Shown here in pieces: positions 18,586 through 27,388 of a DNA stretch of 31,990 bases. The position numbers were made by a program, and so were the translations under genes. The DNA comes from an uncultured archaeon (GTDB taxonomy: Archaea > Asgardarchaeota > Thorarchaeia > Thorarchaeales > Thorarchaeaceae). Within the stretch, counting starts at the first letter, position 1; each line of letters opens with the position of its first letter. The stretch spans positions 1 through 31,990 of the forward strand of contig CAYYQL010000032.1 of the NCBI GenBank assembly GCA_964473825.1. Reading direction: 5' to 3'. The notes beneath the pieces are model-generated. The model did no database searches. It saw nothing but the letters and a program-made list of their open reading frames with translations, and was not told the origin of the DNA.

Positions 18586-19455
18586 TTGTGTGAGTGGTGT
18601 TACAAGCACGGGGCCGGAAAACGATGGTACTTGAACTCGAAGAACTACCTTGAGGAGACCGCCCAGGCGGTCGGGGCGCATGAGTACATCTTCGAGCTGT
18701 GGAAGCACTTCGAGAAGGTGTATCTGCAGAAGATCTATGGAATCTCAACCAAGGGGCCGGGCTACAAGTTCAGCACTCCCGTCATCGGCCGGGCCATCCA
18801 TGCGTACATCAACAGCTGGTTCAGAAAGGAGAAACCGCTGAAGGGCAGAAACCCCAGAAGGGCGGAAGGACACCCTGGACAGGTAGTCACACTTGATGAT
18901 GCGATGAAGGTGCTTGATCTTGCGGAGCCGATCCTGAGAGTGAACTGCGCCTGCAGACACATGACGCGAGGAATCGAAGATCCATGCTGTCTGGCCTTCG
19001 GGGCGCTTGCGGAGATGGTACCCAAGCTACCCAGATACATACCTGATAATGGAACAGAGCCCATGCATGTGGACGAGGCAAAAGAATTCGTTACCAAAAT
19101 GGATCAGGGCGGCCGGGTTCACACCGTCTGGATGGGGCCCTCGCCATATATCGCAGCACTCTGCTCCTGCGAGCTGCCTGAGTGCGCAGCGACGCGCATC
19201 CGGACAGCCTACGACCTCCAGGCACTCTGGAAGGGTGAATACGTGGCCAAGGTAGACCCGATGAAATGTACCGGTTGCAGGCACTGTGTCGCGAGATGTC
19301 AGTTCGGGGCACTGAGTTTCAGCGACTCTATGAATATGCCGTTCATCGACCAGTGGAAGTGCTTTGGCTGTGGCCTATGTGCCACCGAATGCCCCGAAGG
19401 CGCTATTGACATGCTGGACAGAAACGAGATGCCGGCATTGCAGGATGTGTGGTGA
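18586..19455 (+). CDS. Cys-rich iron-sulfur protein with C-terminal 2x[4Fe-4S] ferredoxin domain
   Basis: N-terminal CEWCYKHG; central CACR...CC and CSC...EC; C-terminal CTGCRHCVARC and CFGCGLCATECP. TTG 18586 follows GGGTG (the ORF track start is 18574). Confidence 0.85.
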   Translation: MCEWCYKHGAGKRWYLNSKNYLEETAQAVGAHEYIFELWKHFEKVYLQKIYGISTKGPGYKFSTPVIGRAIHAYINSWFRKEKPLKGRNPRRAEGHPGQVVTLDDAMKVLDLAEPILRVNCACRHMTRGIEDPCCLAFGALAEMVPKLPRYIPDNGTEPMHVDEAKEFVTKMDQGGRVHTVWMGPSPYIAALCSCELPECAATRIRTAYDLQALWKGEYVAKVDPMKCTGCRHCVARCQFGALSFSDSMNMPFIDQWKCFGCGLCATECPEGAIDMLDRNEMPALQDVW

Positions 19456-19456
19456 C

Positions 19457-19678
19457 ATGAAGACAGAGATACGGGTTGACTATGAGGCCTGCGGTGACCC
19501 AAGGGAGTGCAAGAAGTGTCTGCGGATCTGTCCCGGCGCGCTCTTCATGATGTACTCACCTGATGGCCAGAGCAATGACCCACAGGACTGGCGCGTGGAC
19601 GTTGCCTTCACAGACCTGTGCACAAGATGTGGGGACTGTGTCGAAGTCTGCTCCGCCAATGCGATCGAAATATCCTAG
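19457..19678 (+). CDS. Small ferredoxin-like protein (73 aa)
   Basis: ATG 1 nt after the upstream stop, with GGTG RBS; CGDPRECKKCLRICP and CTRCGDCVEVC. Confidence 0.85.
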   Translation: MKTEIRVDYEACGDPRECKKCLRICPGALFMMYSPDGQSNDPQDWRVDVAFTDLCTRCGDCVEVCSANAIEIS

Positions 19679-19772
19679 CTATTCATAGTCAATAGACAAG
19701 CAGTAGTGTTTTGGGTTTGATGCAATCCTCTAGCTTCACTGCTGACAGAACGGTAGCCTGCATCTCTTCAGA

Positions 19773-21932
19773 CTACTTCTTGGTAGGCGATTTCTTACGA
19801 GCTAAGAATACGATTGCCACGATGATGACTATCGCTCCGATGCCAACCAGTCCGATTATCATGGAATCGATTGGCGAGGGAGTCGTTGTTGTTGTCGTTG
19901 TTGTCGTTGTGGTTGTGGTTGTGGTGGTCGTAGTAGAGGTCTCCGCCACTGAGACCCAGACCGTGTCACTGGCACTGTTCCCACTGGTGTCAGATACAAC
20001 GATGGTATAGTTGTACGTACCGACCGCCAAGCCATCAACAAAGATAGAGATGACCTCAGAACTCGAGTTCCAGACTCCAGACTCCACCACTGTTCCGTTC
20101 AAATATATGGTATAGCTCTGGGGAGTGAGGTCGTCCGGGTCCCATGTGATGGCATGCCCGGTACTCCCGTACTCGTACCCGATGTCCGCAGGACTGTCAA
20201 GAGTGGGGGGAGTGGTATCGACCACCGTGCCAAAAACATACGGATGATTATCCACACTGCCGGCAGAACCGGGGATCGGATACGTTCCACTGCCATTATA
20301 GTCGTCCCAGAAGTTGCCGTGTTCACCATTGTCCCAGCTGTTCGAACTGCCATCATCGTACCCATTATCATGCGTATTGTTGGAGAGCTGGTTGAAGAAG
20401 AGCAGATTACCGCTACAGGTCGAAAACAAGTGGATGCCATAAGCATTGAGAATGGGAGTGTTGTTCGTCAGGATGCTATAAGAAGAGAAGTCGAGATAGA
20501 ACCCATCCCATCCATTGCTGGAGGCGATGTTGTTCGTCAGGATGCTATAAGAAGAGTAGAAGAGATGGAGCCCATCCCGTCCATTATTGGAGGCAGTGTT
20601 GTTCGTCAGGTTACTATGAGAAGAGGAAGAGAGATAGAACCCATCCCATTCATTGCTGGAAGCAGTGTTCTTCGTCAAAGTGCTGTTATCGGAAGAGAAG
20701 AGATGGAGCCCATCCCGTCCATTATTGGAGGCAGTGTTGTTCGTCAGGATGCTATAAGAAGAGGAGTCGAGTGAGAATCCATGACCCTGGTTCCCGGAGG
20801 CGGTATTGTTTGTCAGAATGCTATAAGAAGAGGAGGAGAGACAGAACCCATTACCCCCATTGCTGGAGGCGGTGTTGTTCGTCAGGATGCTATAAGAAGA
20901 GGAGGAGAGACAGAACCCCCTCCCTGAATTGCCCGTGGCCGTGTTGTTTGTCAGGATGCAATTCGTGGAGAACTTCACCTGCACGCCAACAGAGACGTTG
21001 ACGAACACCCCGTTCCTCACAGTGACTCTCGTGCAATTCGCAAGGATGACCTGACCGTACTGGTCACCGTCGACCACGATGTCGCTCACAGACTTGAAGT
21101 ATCCCAAGGGTCTGTCATTGACTGTGTTGTCTGCGACATAATGTATCCAGTGGGAGAGAGATGACCCCCAGATGACTACTCCGTTACCCCTGAGCGTGTT
21201 GTCCGTCAGTGTGCACTCAGAAGAGTAGTAGAGATCGAGCCCATCCCGTCCATTATTCGAGGCAGTGTTGTTCGTCAAATTGCTATAAGAAGAGTGGTAG
21301 AGATAGAACCCTTCCCGTTCATTATTGCGTGAAGTGTTGTTCGTCAGGGTACCATCAGAAGAGTAGAAGAGAAAGAATCCAATGTTTGAATTATTCGGGG
21401 CAGTGTTGTTTGTCAGGATGCACTCGGAAGAGTAGTAGAGAAAGAACCCGATGCCTGAATTACTCGTTGCAGTGTTGTTTGTCAGGATGCACTCGGAAGA
21501 GTAGTAGAGAAAGACTCCGTGGTCATGCAGCTCAATGACACAGTCCTTGACAGCCCCATGAGTCACATTCTCGAACTCGATTCCGTCATCGCTTGATGTG
21601 CTAGCTCCTGAAATCAGACAGTCTCTGACCTCGAAGTAGACATCGGTGTTGCTGATGCTGATGCCCGTGGAGCTGTCAGTGATATTCAGCCCCTCGATCA
21701 CATACGGATTGTCCTCAGTGCCATTGCCTGGCCAGCCCTGACTGACAAAGTCGTCATTGCTGGTGATAGTTATGGGCCCATTGGCGGTGTATGCGTCCGC
21801 CGGCGCCGCCTGTTGTCCATCATCACGTACCGGTGCTGTTTCGAATGGCTCATCGGTGGCTACATCACCACTGGATAAGACCACCATGAGAAGGAATAGC
21901 AGAGCTAGGGGAAGATACTTCCAGCCACTCAT
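19773..21932 (-). CDS. Surface protein: beta-helix (NosD-like) repeats, one Ig-like unit, poly-Thr linker and C-terminal TM anchor
   Basis: Signal peptide; GWPGNGTEDNPYVIEGLNI; 23-aa LTNNTA coils; WDNGEHGNFWDDY; DTTPPTLDSPADIGYEYGSTG unit; 18 consecutive Thr; TM followed by RKKSPTKK. Alternative GTG start at 21941. Confidence 0.9.
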   Translation of the reverse strand: MSGWKYLPLALLFLLMVVLSSGDVATDEPFETAPVRDDGQQAAPADAYTANGPITITSNDDFVSQGWPGNGTEDNPYVIEGLNITDSSTGISISNTDVYFEVRDCLISGASTSSDDGIEFENVTHGAVKDCVIELHDHGVFLYYSSECILTNNTATSNSGIGFFLYYSSECILTNNTAPNNSNIGFFLFYSSDGTLTNNTSRNNEREGFYLYHSSYSNLTNNTASNNGRDGLDLYYSSECTLTDNTLRGNGVVIWGSSLSHWIHYVADNTVNDRPLGYFKSVSDIVVDGDQYGQVILANCTRVTVRNGVFVNVSVGVQVKFSTNCILTNNTATGNSGRGFCLSSSSYSILTNNTASSNGGNGFCLSSSSYSILTNNTASGNQGHGFSLDSSSYSILTNNTASNNGRDGLHLFSSDNSTLTKNTASSNEWDGFYLSSSSHSNLTNNTASNNGRDGLHLFYSSYSILTNNIASSNGWDGFYLDFSSYSILTNNTPILNAYGIHLFSTCSGNLLFFNQLSNNTHDNGYDDGSSNSWDNGEHGNFWDDYNGSGTYPIPGSAGSVDNHPYVFGTVVDTTPPTLDSPADIGYEYGSTGHAITWDPDDLTPQSYTIYLNGTVVESGVWNSSSEVISIFVDGLAVGTYNYTIVVSDTSGNSASDTVWVSVAETSTTTTTTTTTTTTTTTTTTPSPIDSMIIGLVGIGAIVIIVAIVFLARKKSPTKK
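19881..19934. repeat. Degenerate trinucleotide repeat (NGT)18 encoding the poly-Thr linker
   Basis: 18 consecutive NGT triplets on the + strand (ACN codons on the - strand). Confidence 0.9.
20458..20990. repeat. 69-bp coding tandem repeat, 8 units
   Basis: The anchor TTGTTYGTCA (one variant) occurs at 20461, 20530, 20599, 20668, 20737, 20806, 20875 and 20944, an exact 69-nt period (23 aa). Confidence 0.92.
21196..21515. repeat. 69-bp coding tandem repeat, 5 units
   Basis: The same anchor (one variant) occurs at 21199, 21268, 21337, 21406 and 21475. Confidence 0.9.
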
Positions 21933-22183
21933 TGTAACCACACAGATTGCAGAGATGAAACGAAACCATAAAAATATTCAGAACGGCAAAGCCCGAGTAT
22001 TCTCATCGTCTGCACCTATGAGAGTAAACCACTGCCCAGAGAATATGCCATCTTCCTTCCTCCGATGTCGAGCTAGTGCATCATACCTAAACAGCAGATC
22101 TAAGGTTATACGTCCAGCAAGCAATCAACAATTCAATCGTAGTGATGATGCTAACACGAGAACAGGAAAAGCCTGTAGTATCA

Positions 22184-23050
22184 TTAAGTTGTTTGGTCCT
22201 CTTTCACGAAGGTTCCAGCTCGGACCTGTTCATATGCCTGCCGAATCTCATCCTGGGTGTTCATGACCACTGAACCACGCCAAGCAACCGGTTCATCCAA
22301 TGGTTTGCCAGACACAAGAATGAATCGGACAGATGAACCTTCAGTCCTGACTGACATCTGATCACCCGAACCAAATACGACCAGCATGCGCGACGAAGCA
22401 GTGTTTCCCTTATCATCGAACTCAGCCTCACCTTCCAGCACGTATGCAAAGACTGTGTGGCCCTCATCGACGCTGTGATTGAACTCTGTCTGAGGACTCA
22501 TTGATATGTCCAGATATTCCGGGTCGATGGTCACATCTCTAATGGGACCCTTCTTATCGGAAACGGCCCCCGCAATCACTCTGACCTCTGCACCACCCGA
22601 CGTTTTGACCACAGGAATCGACTCGCTCTCAAAGCCCTGATACCTTGGCTCAGTCATCTTCTTCTTTGCAGGCAAATTGACCCACAACTGGAGGCCTCTT
22701 AGTTCGCCCCCTTTCATCCTTGGCATCTCTTCGTGGATGATACCACTCCCGGCAGTCATCCACTGGACATCGCCCGGACCAATCACACCGCTGCGTCCTG
22801 TGCTGTCCCGATGCTCCATGACGCCGTTCAACATGTAGGTCACGGTTTCAAATCCCCGATGAGGGTGAGATGGAAATCCTGCCTCATAATCTTGCTCGCG
22901 CTCTGAACCGAAGTCGTCAAGCATCAAAAAGGGATCCAGTCGATCTGTGTCGTCATGACCAATACCAATTGCTCGATGTACAACAACACCTGCGCCTTCC
23001 TGCATCGGACGGCTGTTTCGTGTCCATTCAACTCGTCGTATGCGACTCAT
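22184..23050 (-). CDS. Pirin family protein
   Basis: EGAGVVVHR, DPFLMLDDF, GFPSHPHRGFETVTY, QWMTAGSGIIHEEMP and QLWVNLP. Start ATG 23050 (alternative 23068). Confidence 0.95.
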   Translation of the reverse strand: MSRIRRVEWTRNSRPMQEGAGVVVHRAIGIGHDDTDRLDPFLMLDDFGSEREQDYEAGFPSHPHRGFETVTYMLNGVMEHRDSTGRSGVIGPGDVQWMTAGSGIIHEEMPRMKGGELRGLQLWVNLPAKKKMTEPRYQGFESESIPVVKTSGGAEVRVIAGAVSDKKGPIRDVTIDPEYLDISMSPQTEFNHSVDEGHTVFAYVLEGEAEFDDKGNTASSRMLVVFGSGDQMSVRTEGSSVRFILVSGKPLDEPVAWRGSVVMNTQDEIRQAYEQVRAGTFVKEDQTT

Positions 23051-23179
23051 GACCTTCACTGGCTTCATTATAGTTAATAATTCTTCATAAATGATTGCAT
23101 TGTGGAACCTATCGACTCTGTATGTGGAGTACTCGCAAGATTGAAGTATCATGCAGCATGGAATTCAGCAGGTCAGAAG

Positions 23180-24175
23180 ATGGTCAAGTGTTTTGTCACA
23201 GGTGGAACCGGTTTCGTAGGAAGTCATATTGTCCGTCTGCTCGTTGAGAAGAAACATGATGTAACGGTGCTGATTCGTGAAGACTCGTCCCAAAATCTGA
23301 TCAAAGGTCTGGATATCGGGACTGCTGTGGGTGATGTTACAGACATCGATAGCCTCCTGTCAGCAATACCCGAGGATACGACATGGTTCTTCCACAATGC
23401 AGCCATCATGGCGGACTGGGGTGGAAAGCCGCACTTCTTTCCGGTGAATGTAGAGGGAACTAGAAACGTCTTAGATGTCATTTTGAGGAAGGGAATTCCA
23501 GATTTGCTCTTCACATCATCAACCGCGCTCTACGGGTTCCCAGACACAGAGCAGCCGCTTGATGAGAGTCAGGAGTACAGTCCAGAAAACTGGTACCAGA
23601 AATCGAAGCTGGAATCAGAGAGTCTTGTCTGGGAATACAGAGATGAGCACAAGTTCAGGGCAGCTGCTGTGAGACCGCCGGTTGTACTCGGGCACGGGGA
23701 CATGTTCACAGGGCCCACATTCATCGAGCGGATCAAAGAAGGTGACATGTATTGGTTCAGTGGCGGAAAAAATACCCAGAGCTTCGTACATGCTGAAGAT
23801 GTGGCAAGGGCACTCGTTCTCGCAGCAGAGAACATGGACAAAGCCGACGGAGAGGCGTACAATGTCACCTCATTCACAGTTACGTTCAAAGAGCTCATCG
23901 AGCAGCTCAGAAAAGAACTTGACGTGCAGGAATCTGTGAAGTCAATCCCCTACAGCGTAGCGGTTGGACTAGGTAAGATTGCAGGAGGACTCTATCGAGC
24001 TCTCAACAAATCCAAGGCACCGCTCATCACGGCATTCAGGGTCAAGATGTTAGGGTCAAAATACATCATCGACGATTCCAAAATCCGCGAAGAACTTGGT
24101 TACTCGCCAGAATGGGACCTTGAGTCCACTGTTAAGGACATGGTCGAATGGGGAGGATTTGTTAAGCCTAGGTAG
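23180..24175 (+). CDS. NAD-dependent epimerase/dehydratase, extended SDR (3-beta-hydroxysteroid dehydrogenase-like)
   Basis: FVTGGTGFVG, FHNAA, NVEGTRNV, FTSS, catalytic YQKSK, RP..V.G.GD and FVHAEDVA. Confidence 0.92.
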   Translation: MVKCFVTGGTGFVGSHIVRLLVEKKHDVTVLIREDSSQNLIKGLDIGTAVGDVTDIDSLLSAIPEDTTWFFHNAAIMADWGGKPHFFPVNVEGTRNVLDVILRKGIPDLLFTSSTALYGFPDTEQPLDESQEYSPENWYQKSKLESESLVWEYRDEHKFRAAAVRPPVVLGHGDMFTGPTFIERIKEGDMYWFSGGKNTQSFVHAEDVARALVLAAENMDKADGEAYNVTSFTVTFKELIEQLRKELDVQESVKSIPYSVAVGLGKIAGGLYRALNKSKAPLITAFRVKMLGSKYIIDDSKIREELGYSPEWDLESTVKDMVEWGGFVKPR

Positions 24176-24254
24176 TGACGCACCACCCGATTATCACTGC
24201 AGTGTCTTGCCCACCAGTATCCTCTCGGAATTCAGCTGATATGACGAAGATAAC

Positions 24255-24404
24255 TCACGAATGCTCTACAATCCTCACTCTTACATCATAGACTGCCTCT
24301 ATTGCTTCTGGAGTCAGCACCTCCAAGCCGCCTTCGATAAAGACTCGTCCGTCATGGAGCATCACAATCCTGTCGCAGTATTTCAGAGCGAGGTTGAGAT
24401 TATG
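24255..24404 (-). pseudogene. Remnant of the C-terminus of an iron-complex/cobalamin-type ABC transporter ATPase
   Basis: Manual translation HNLNLALKYCDRIVMLHDGRVFIEGGLEVLTPEAIEAVYDVRVRIVEHS* matches the H-loop (HDLNLA) and C-terminal tail of FecE/BtuD-like ATPases. No Walker A/B or start codon; an in-frame stop lies about 15 codons upstream. Confidence 0.72.
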
Positions 24405-24811
24405 CGAGTCATGGCTAATACTTGGAGTAGCTTTGGTGATTTCTGTTTAGAGAACGGGACACAAAGACTCGAGAACATCTTCCAGAGCCGGGCTGGTTTC
24501 TGGGATATCTTCATAGTTGCGTATCGGTATATTGGTTTTCAAGAATCGAGAATCACCTTGTTTCTTTTGCGGAGTTTAACAATGCCAGCACTTGACCAAC
24601 CAAAAAGACGCGAAGCACGTAGCTCAAGTCGCTCAGACTGGAACGCAAGCTCTCTAGCGAAAAATCGAGATCAGTCAGAACAAAATAGCTCGGTCTCACA
24701 GACTTACTGGTTTCAGTGACCTACATGTTGCAAGGTCTCCGGCCGAGTGTCACAGCTCACCACCTGAGTGTACTTTGCAGGAGGCATACGCACGAACCTA
24801 ATCTGACTCTC

Positions 24812-25972
24812 TTACTCCTCGTGGCGATTGGCCATGCTTAGATAATCAACGAGTTCTACCAGGTCAGAAACTTGCACGTTTCCGTCTGATGAACTCAGAA
24901 GGTTATTCACACAGAACGGACAACAGGTGATGATATGGTCAGCACCAATTTCACGGGCCTGGTTGATGCGTTCTCTTGCTGTTGATTGGGCCATCTCACG
25001 AAAGGCGCTACGAACGCCCCCACCCGCTCCACAGCACCATGCATTTTCTCGATTCAAACTCATCTCGGATAGACCAAGCCCGAGCAGCCGCATCACGTCT
25101 CTAGGCTCCTCATAGATCGCCCCATGTCTTCCGAGGTGGCAGGGGTCGTGATAGGTGAAATGCCCGGTCATCTCACCATCTATCAAGAGATGGCCCTCTT
25201 CGATGAGCTGTTTGATCATCTGCGAGAGGTGCACGACTTCGAAATCGAAAGAGTCCAGAAGGGCGGGGTACTCCTTTGAGAGAGTCCGAAAACATCCCGC
25301 ACAGGTAGTGACCACTCTCTTGCAACCAGCAGCCTCGAACTCAGCAAGGTTGTGTCTGGCTAGTTCTAACACGGACTCTGTCTGGCCGGTTCGCAACAGC
25401 GGCGAGCCACAACAATACTCGTCAACGACCGTAAAGTCAACATCAGCCTTCTTCAGAACGGAAACAGCAGCATCGCGGATAGACGTCTCACGGTAGTTAG
25501 AGGTGCAGCCAATGAAAAAGACAGTGTCAGCCTTGTCTGGCAGGCCGTGCTCGGCTACTATTGCTCGAGCGTGGTGAGTGTTCCCATAGGGGTTGTGATA
25601 TTCAGCCACGTTATCAGCAAATGCTTCATGCTTCGATAGTGGACCGATTTCGCTTACATATCTCTCACGGAGTTCCTCAATTATCTTCACGATGCTCTGC
25701 GCCTGCGGAGCTTGGCATTGCTCCTCACAACTGCCGCAAGTAGTGCACGTGAAGAGGGACTCTGCAAGTTCGTCACTCCAACCCAGCTCGCCTGTTTCGA
25801 GACCTCTTCCCAACCATAGCCGACCTGATGCCCAGTAGCTCTCGAAGCGATAGTACTCCCCAGAGGGACATGAGGGCGAATAGTCACGGAAGACATACTT
25901 GCAGGTGGAACAGCGGATACACCGATGAAGCCACTGTTGGAGAACAGATTCGTCGGAACTCAAATCCCCCAC
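24812..25972 (-). CDS. (Fe-S)-binding oxidoreductase with CCG domains (GlcF/HdrD-like)
   Basis: CIRCSTC...CP and CTTCGSCEEQC; FFIGC...CCG...CAGC; YHDPCHLGR...CCGAGGG...CPFC. Overlaps the upstream gene's stop. Confidence 0.92.
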   Translation of the reverse strand: MGDLSSDESVLQQWLHRCIRCSTCKYVFRDYSPSCPSGEYYRFESYWASGRLWLGRGLETGELGWSDELAESLFTCTTCGSCEEQCQAPQAQSIVKIIEELRERYVSEIGPLSKHEAFADNVAEYHNPYGNTHHARAIVAEHGLPDKADTVFFIGCTSNYRETSIRDAAVSVLKKADVDFTVVDEYCCGSPLLRTGQTESVLELARHNLAEFEAAGCKRVVTTCAGCFRTLSKEYPALLDSFDFEVVHLSQMIKQLIEEGHLLIDGEMTGHFTYHDPCHLGRHGAIYEEPRDVMRLLGLGLSEMSLNRENAWCCGAGGGVRSAFREMAQSTARERINQAREIGADHIITCCPFCVNNLLSSSDGNVQVSDLVELVDYLSMANRHEE

Positions 25973-27384
25973 CTCCCCGGGTTCATTATCCCATTGGGGT
26001 CGAGAGTATCTCGTATCCTCTTGACGAGTTTCACGAATTCAGGGTCTGCCCGTGCAATCAACTTCTTCGCAGCCCAGACAGGAGTCTTGTATGGTATGGC
26101 ATTGTGGTCTAGTGCGTGGTCCAGCAATTCTTCATTGCAGCAGCGTACTCGCTCCACAGTCGCTTCATCTTTGGGAAACCTGATGATGAACTTGAACTCA
26201 CCGTAGTGCATACCTTTCATGGGTTTAAGGAAGGCCATCAGCTCAAATCCGTGTTTCTCCACGATTCGTCGTCCCCCCGCAAGAGCCTTACCCCAGTTGC
26301 GTGGGTGGATATACGTACCGACCCACGTGAGACCGTCATATTCGGTGAGAATCTTGAAGGCGTCTGAAGGAAAGTCAACCCAACTCGCAGCCTGCTCTCC
26401 CATCAACGCTCTAATAGCATCCCAGTCAATCAGAAGGGGTCGCGACGGCTCGTGCTCAACAGACTCAACTATGCGGCGGACTGTATTCAGCTTATCTTGA
26501 GTCTCGATTCTTGTACTCCCTGATAATGAGAGCAGGGTACCGTAATCTGGTTCGCCTTCCATCGCGTAGACTGGAGGAGGGACCCCGAGCAGCATCTTGA
26601 CCAGTGACAGCGACATACAGTCTGCGTCATCGAGGACCTGAGTCCTGACCAATTCTTGTATTAACTGAGTTGTTGCTTCCTCATCGAATGTGAACAGAGC
26701 GGCATGTTCAACGAAAGGAGGTTTAGGCCACAACTGAAGGGCCATCTTGGTCACGATACCGGTCATCCCTTGCCATCCGCTGAAGAGACCAAAGAGATCG
26801 GGAAGGGGATACCTTCCGAACCAGTTGTCATCTCCGAGTATGGCGCTACCCGTTCTGACGACTTCTCCAGTGGGAAGTACGACCTCGACACCATTCACGA
26901 AGTCAGCCATTGCACCATGAAGTGTGGAGAGATCACAGAGACCCTGTAGAAGTGCATTAGCAACGACTGACGTGAACGGAGGGGCAAGCGGATAGGTATA
27001 CCTGAGATTCGGATGATATTCGTCCAGATACTTCCTGAGGTGGCCAAATGTCACACCGGGTTCGACAAGGGCGTACATCGCATCTTCATCGACCCGCAGA
27101 ATCCTATCCATCCGCTTAAGGTCAACCACGATCGTATCTGGTTTTTGGGGGATGGTTAGCCCCCCAACATTCTGGCCTGTAATGAACGGTACTAGCGGCG
27201 TCTTCGCTTCATTCGCTAGTCTGACTATTCGTTGTATCTCCTCCACGTGTTCTGGCATTACAACTACCGCAGGTCTCCGAGGAGTATTCTCAGTCATGTC
27301 AAATGAATAGAGATACCGCTCAGGGACTCGGTCTGAAACGTACTCTGGACCAACTATGTCACTCAAACGGTCAACCAGTTTCAT
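25960..27384 (-). CDS. FAD-binding oxidoreductase, VAO/PCMH superfamily (GlcD-like)
   Basis: PAVVVMP, DLKRMDRI, VEPGVTF, GVEVVLPTGEVVRTGS, GMTGIVTK and LDPNGIMNPGRW. ATG 27384 follows GGTG. Confidence 0.92.
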   Translation of the reverse strand: MKLVDRLSDIVGPEYVSDRVPERYLYSFDMTENTPRRPAVVVMPEHVEEIQRIVRLANEAKTPLVPFITGQNVGGLTIPQKPDTIVVDLKRMDRILRVDEDAMYALVEPGVTFGHLRKYLDEYHPNLRYTYPLAPPFTSVVANALLQGLCDLSTLHGAMADFVNGVEVVLPTGEVVRTGSAILGDDNWFGRYPLPDLFGLFSGWQGMTGIVTKMALQLWPKPPFVEHAALFTFDEEATTQLIQELVRTQVLDDADCMSLSLVKMLLGVPPPVYAMEGEPDYGTLLSLSGSTRIETQDKLNTVRRIVESVEHEPSRPLLIDWDAIRALMGEQAASWVDFPSDAFKILTEYDGLTWVGTYIHPRNWGKALAGGRRIVEKHGFELMAFLKPMKGMHYGEFKFIIRFPKDEATVERVRCCNEELLDHALDHNAIPYKTPVWAAKKLIARADPEFVKLVKRIRDTLDPNGIMNPGRWGI

Positions 27385-27388
27385 ATTC

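Noticed and set aside
19711-20774. Plus-strand poly-Val and repetitive ORFs (19711-20010, 20154-20774)
   Set aside because: They are antisense reflections of the poly-Thr linker and the 69-bp repeats.
20458-21515. Regularly spaced repeats as a CRISPR array or DGR template/variable repeat
   Set aside because: The period is exactly 23 codons within an open frame, the intervening parts are homologous to each other, and there is no cas or reverse transcriptase gene or obvious adenine-only variation.
24255-24257. TGA as selenocysteine, and Sec/Pyl read-through at other gene ends
   Set aside because: The TGA sits in a truncated remnant at a non-Cys position; the intact genes end at family-typical positions and no SECIS-like element was identified.
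24261-24719. 152-aa plus-strand ORF
   Set aside because: Its N-terminal part is the antisense shadow of the ABC-ATPase remnant (HHNPVAVFQSEVEIMR); no RBS or motif.
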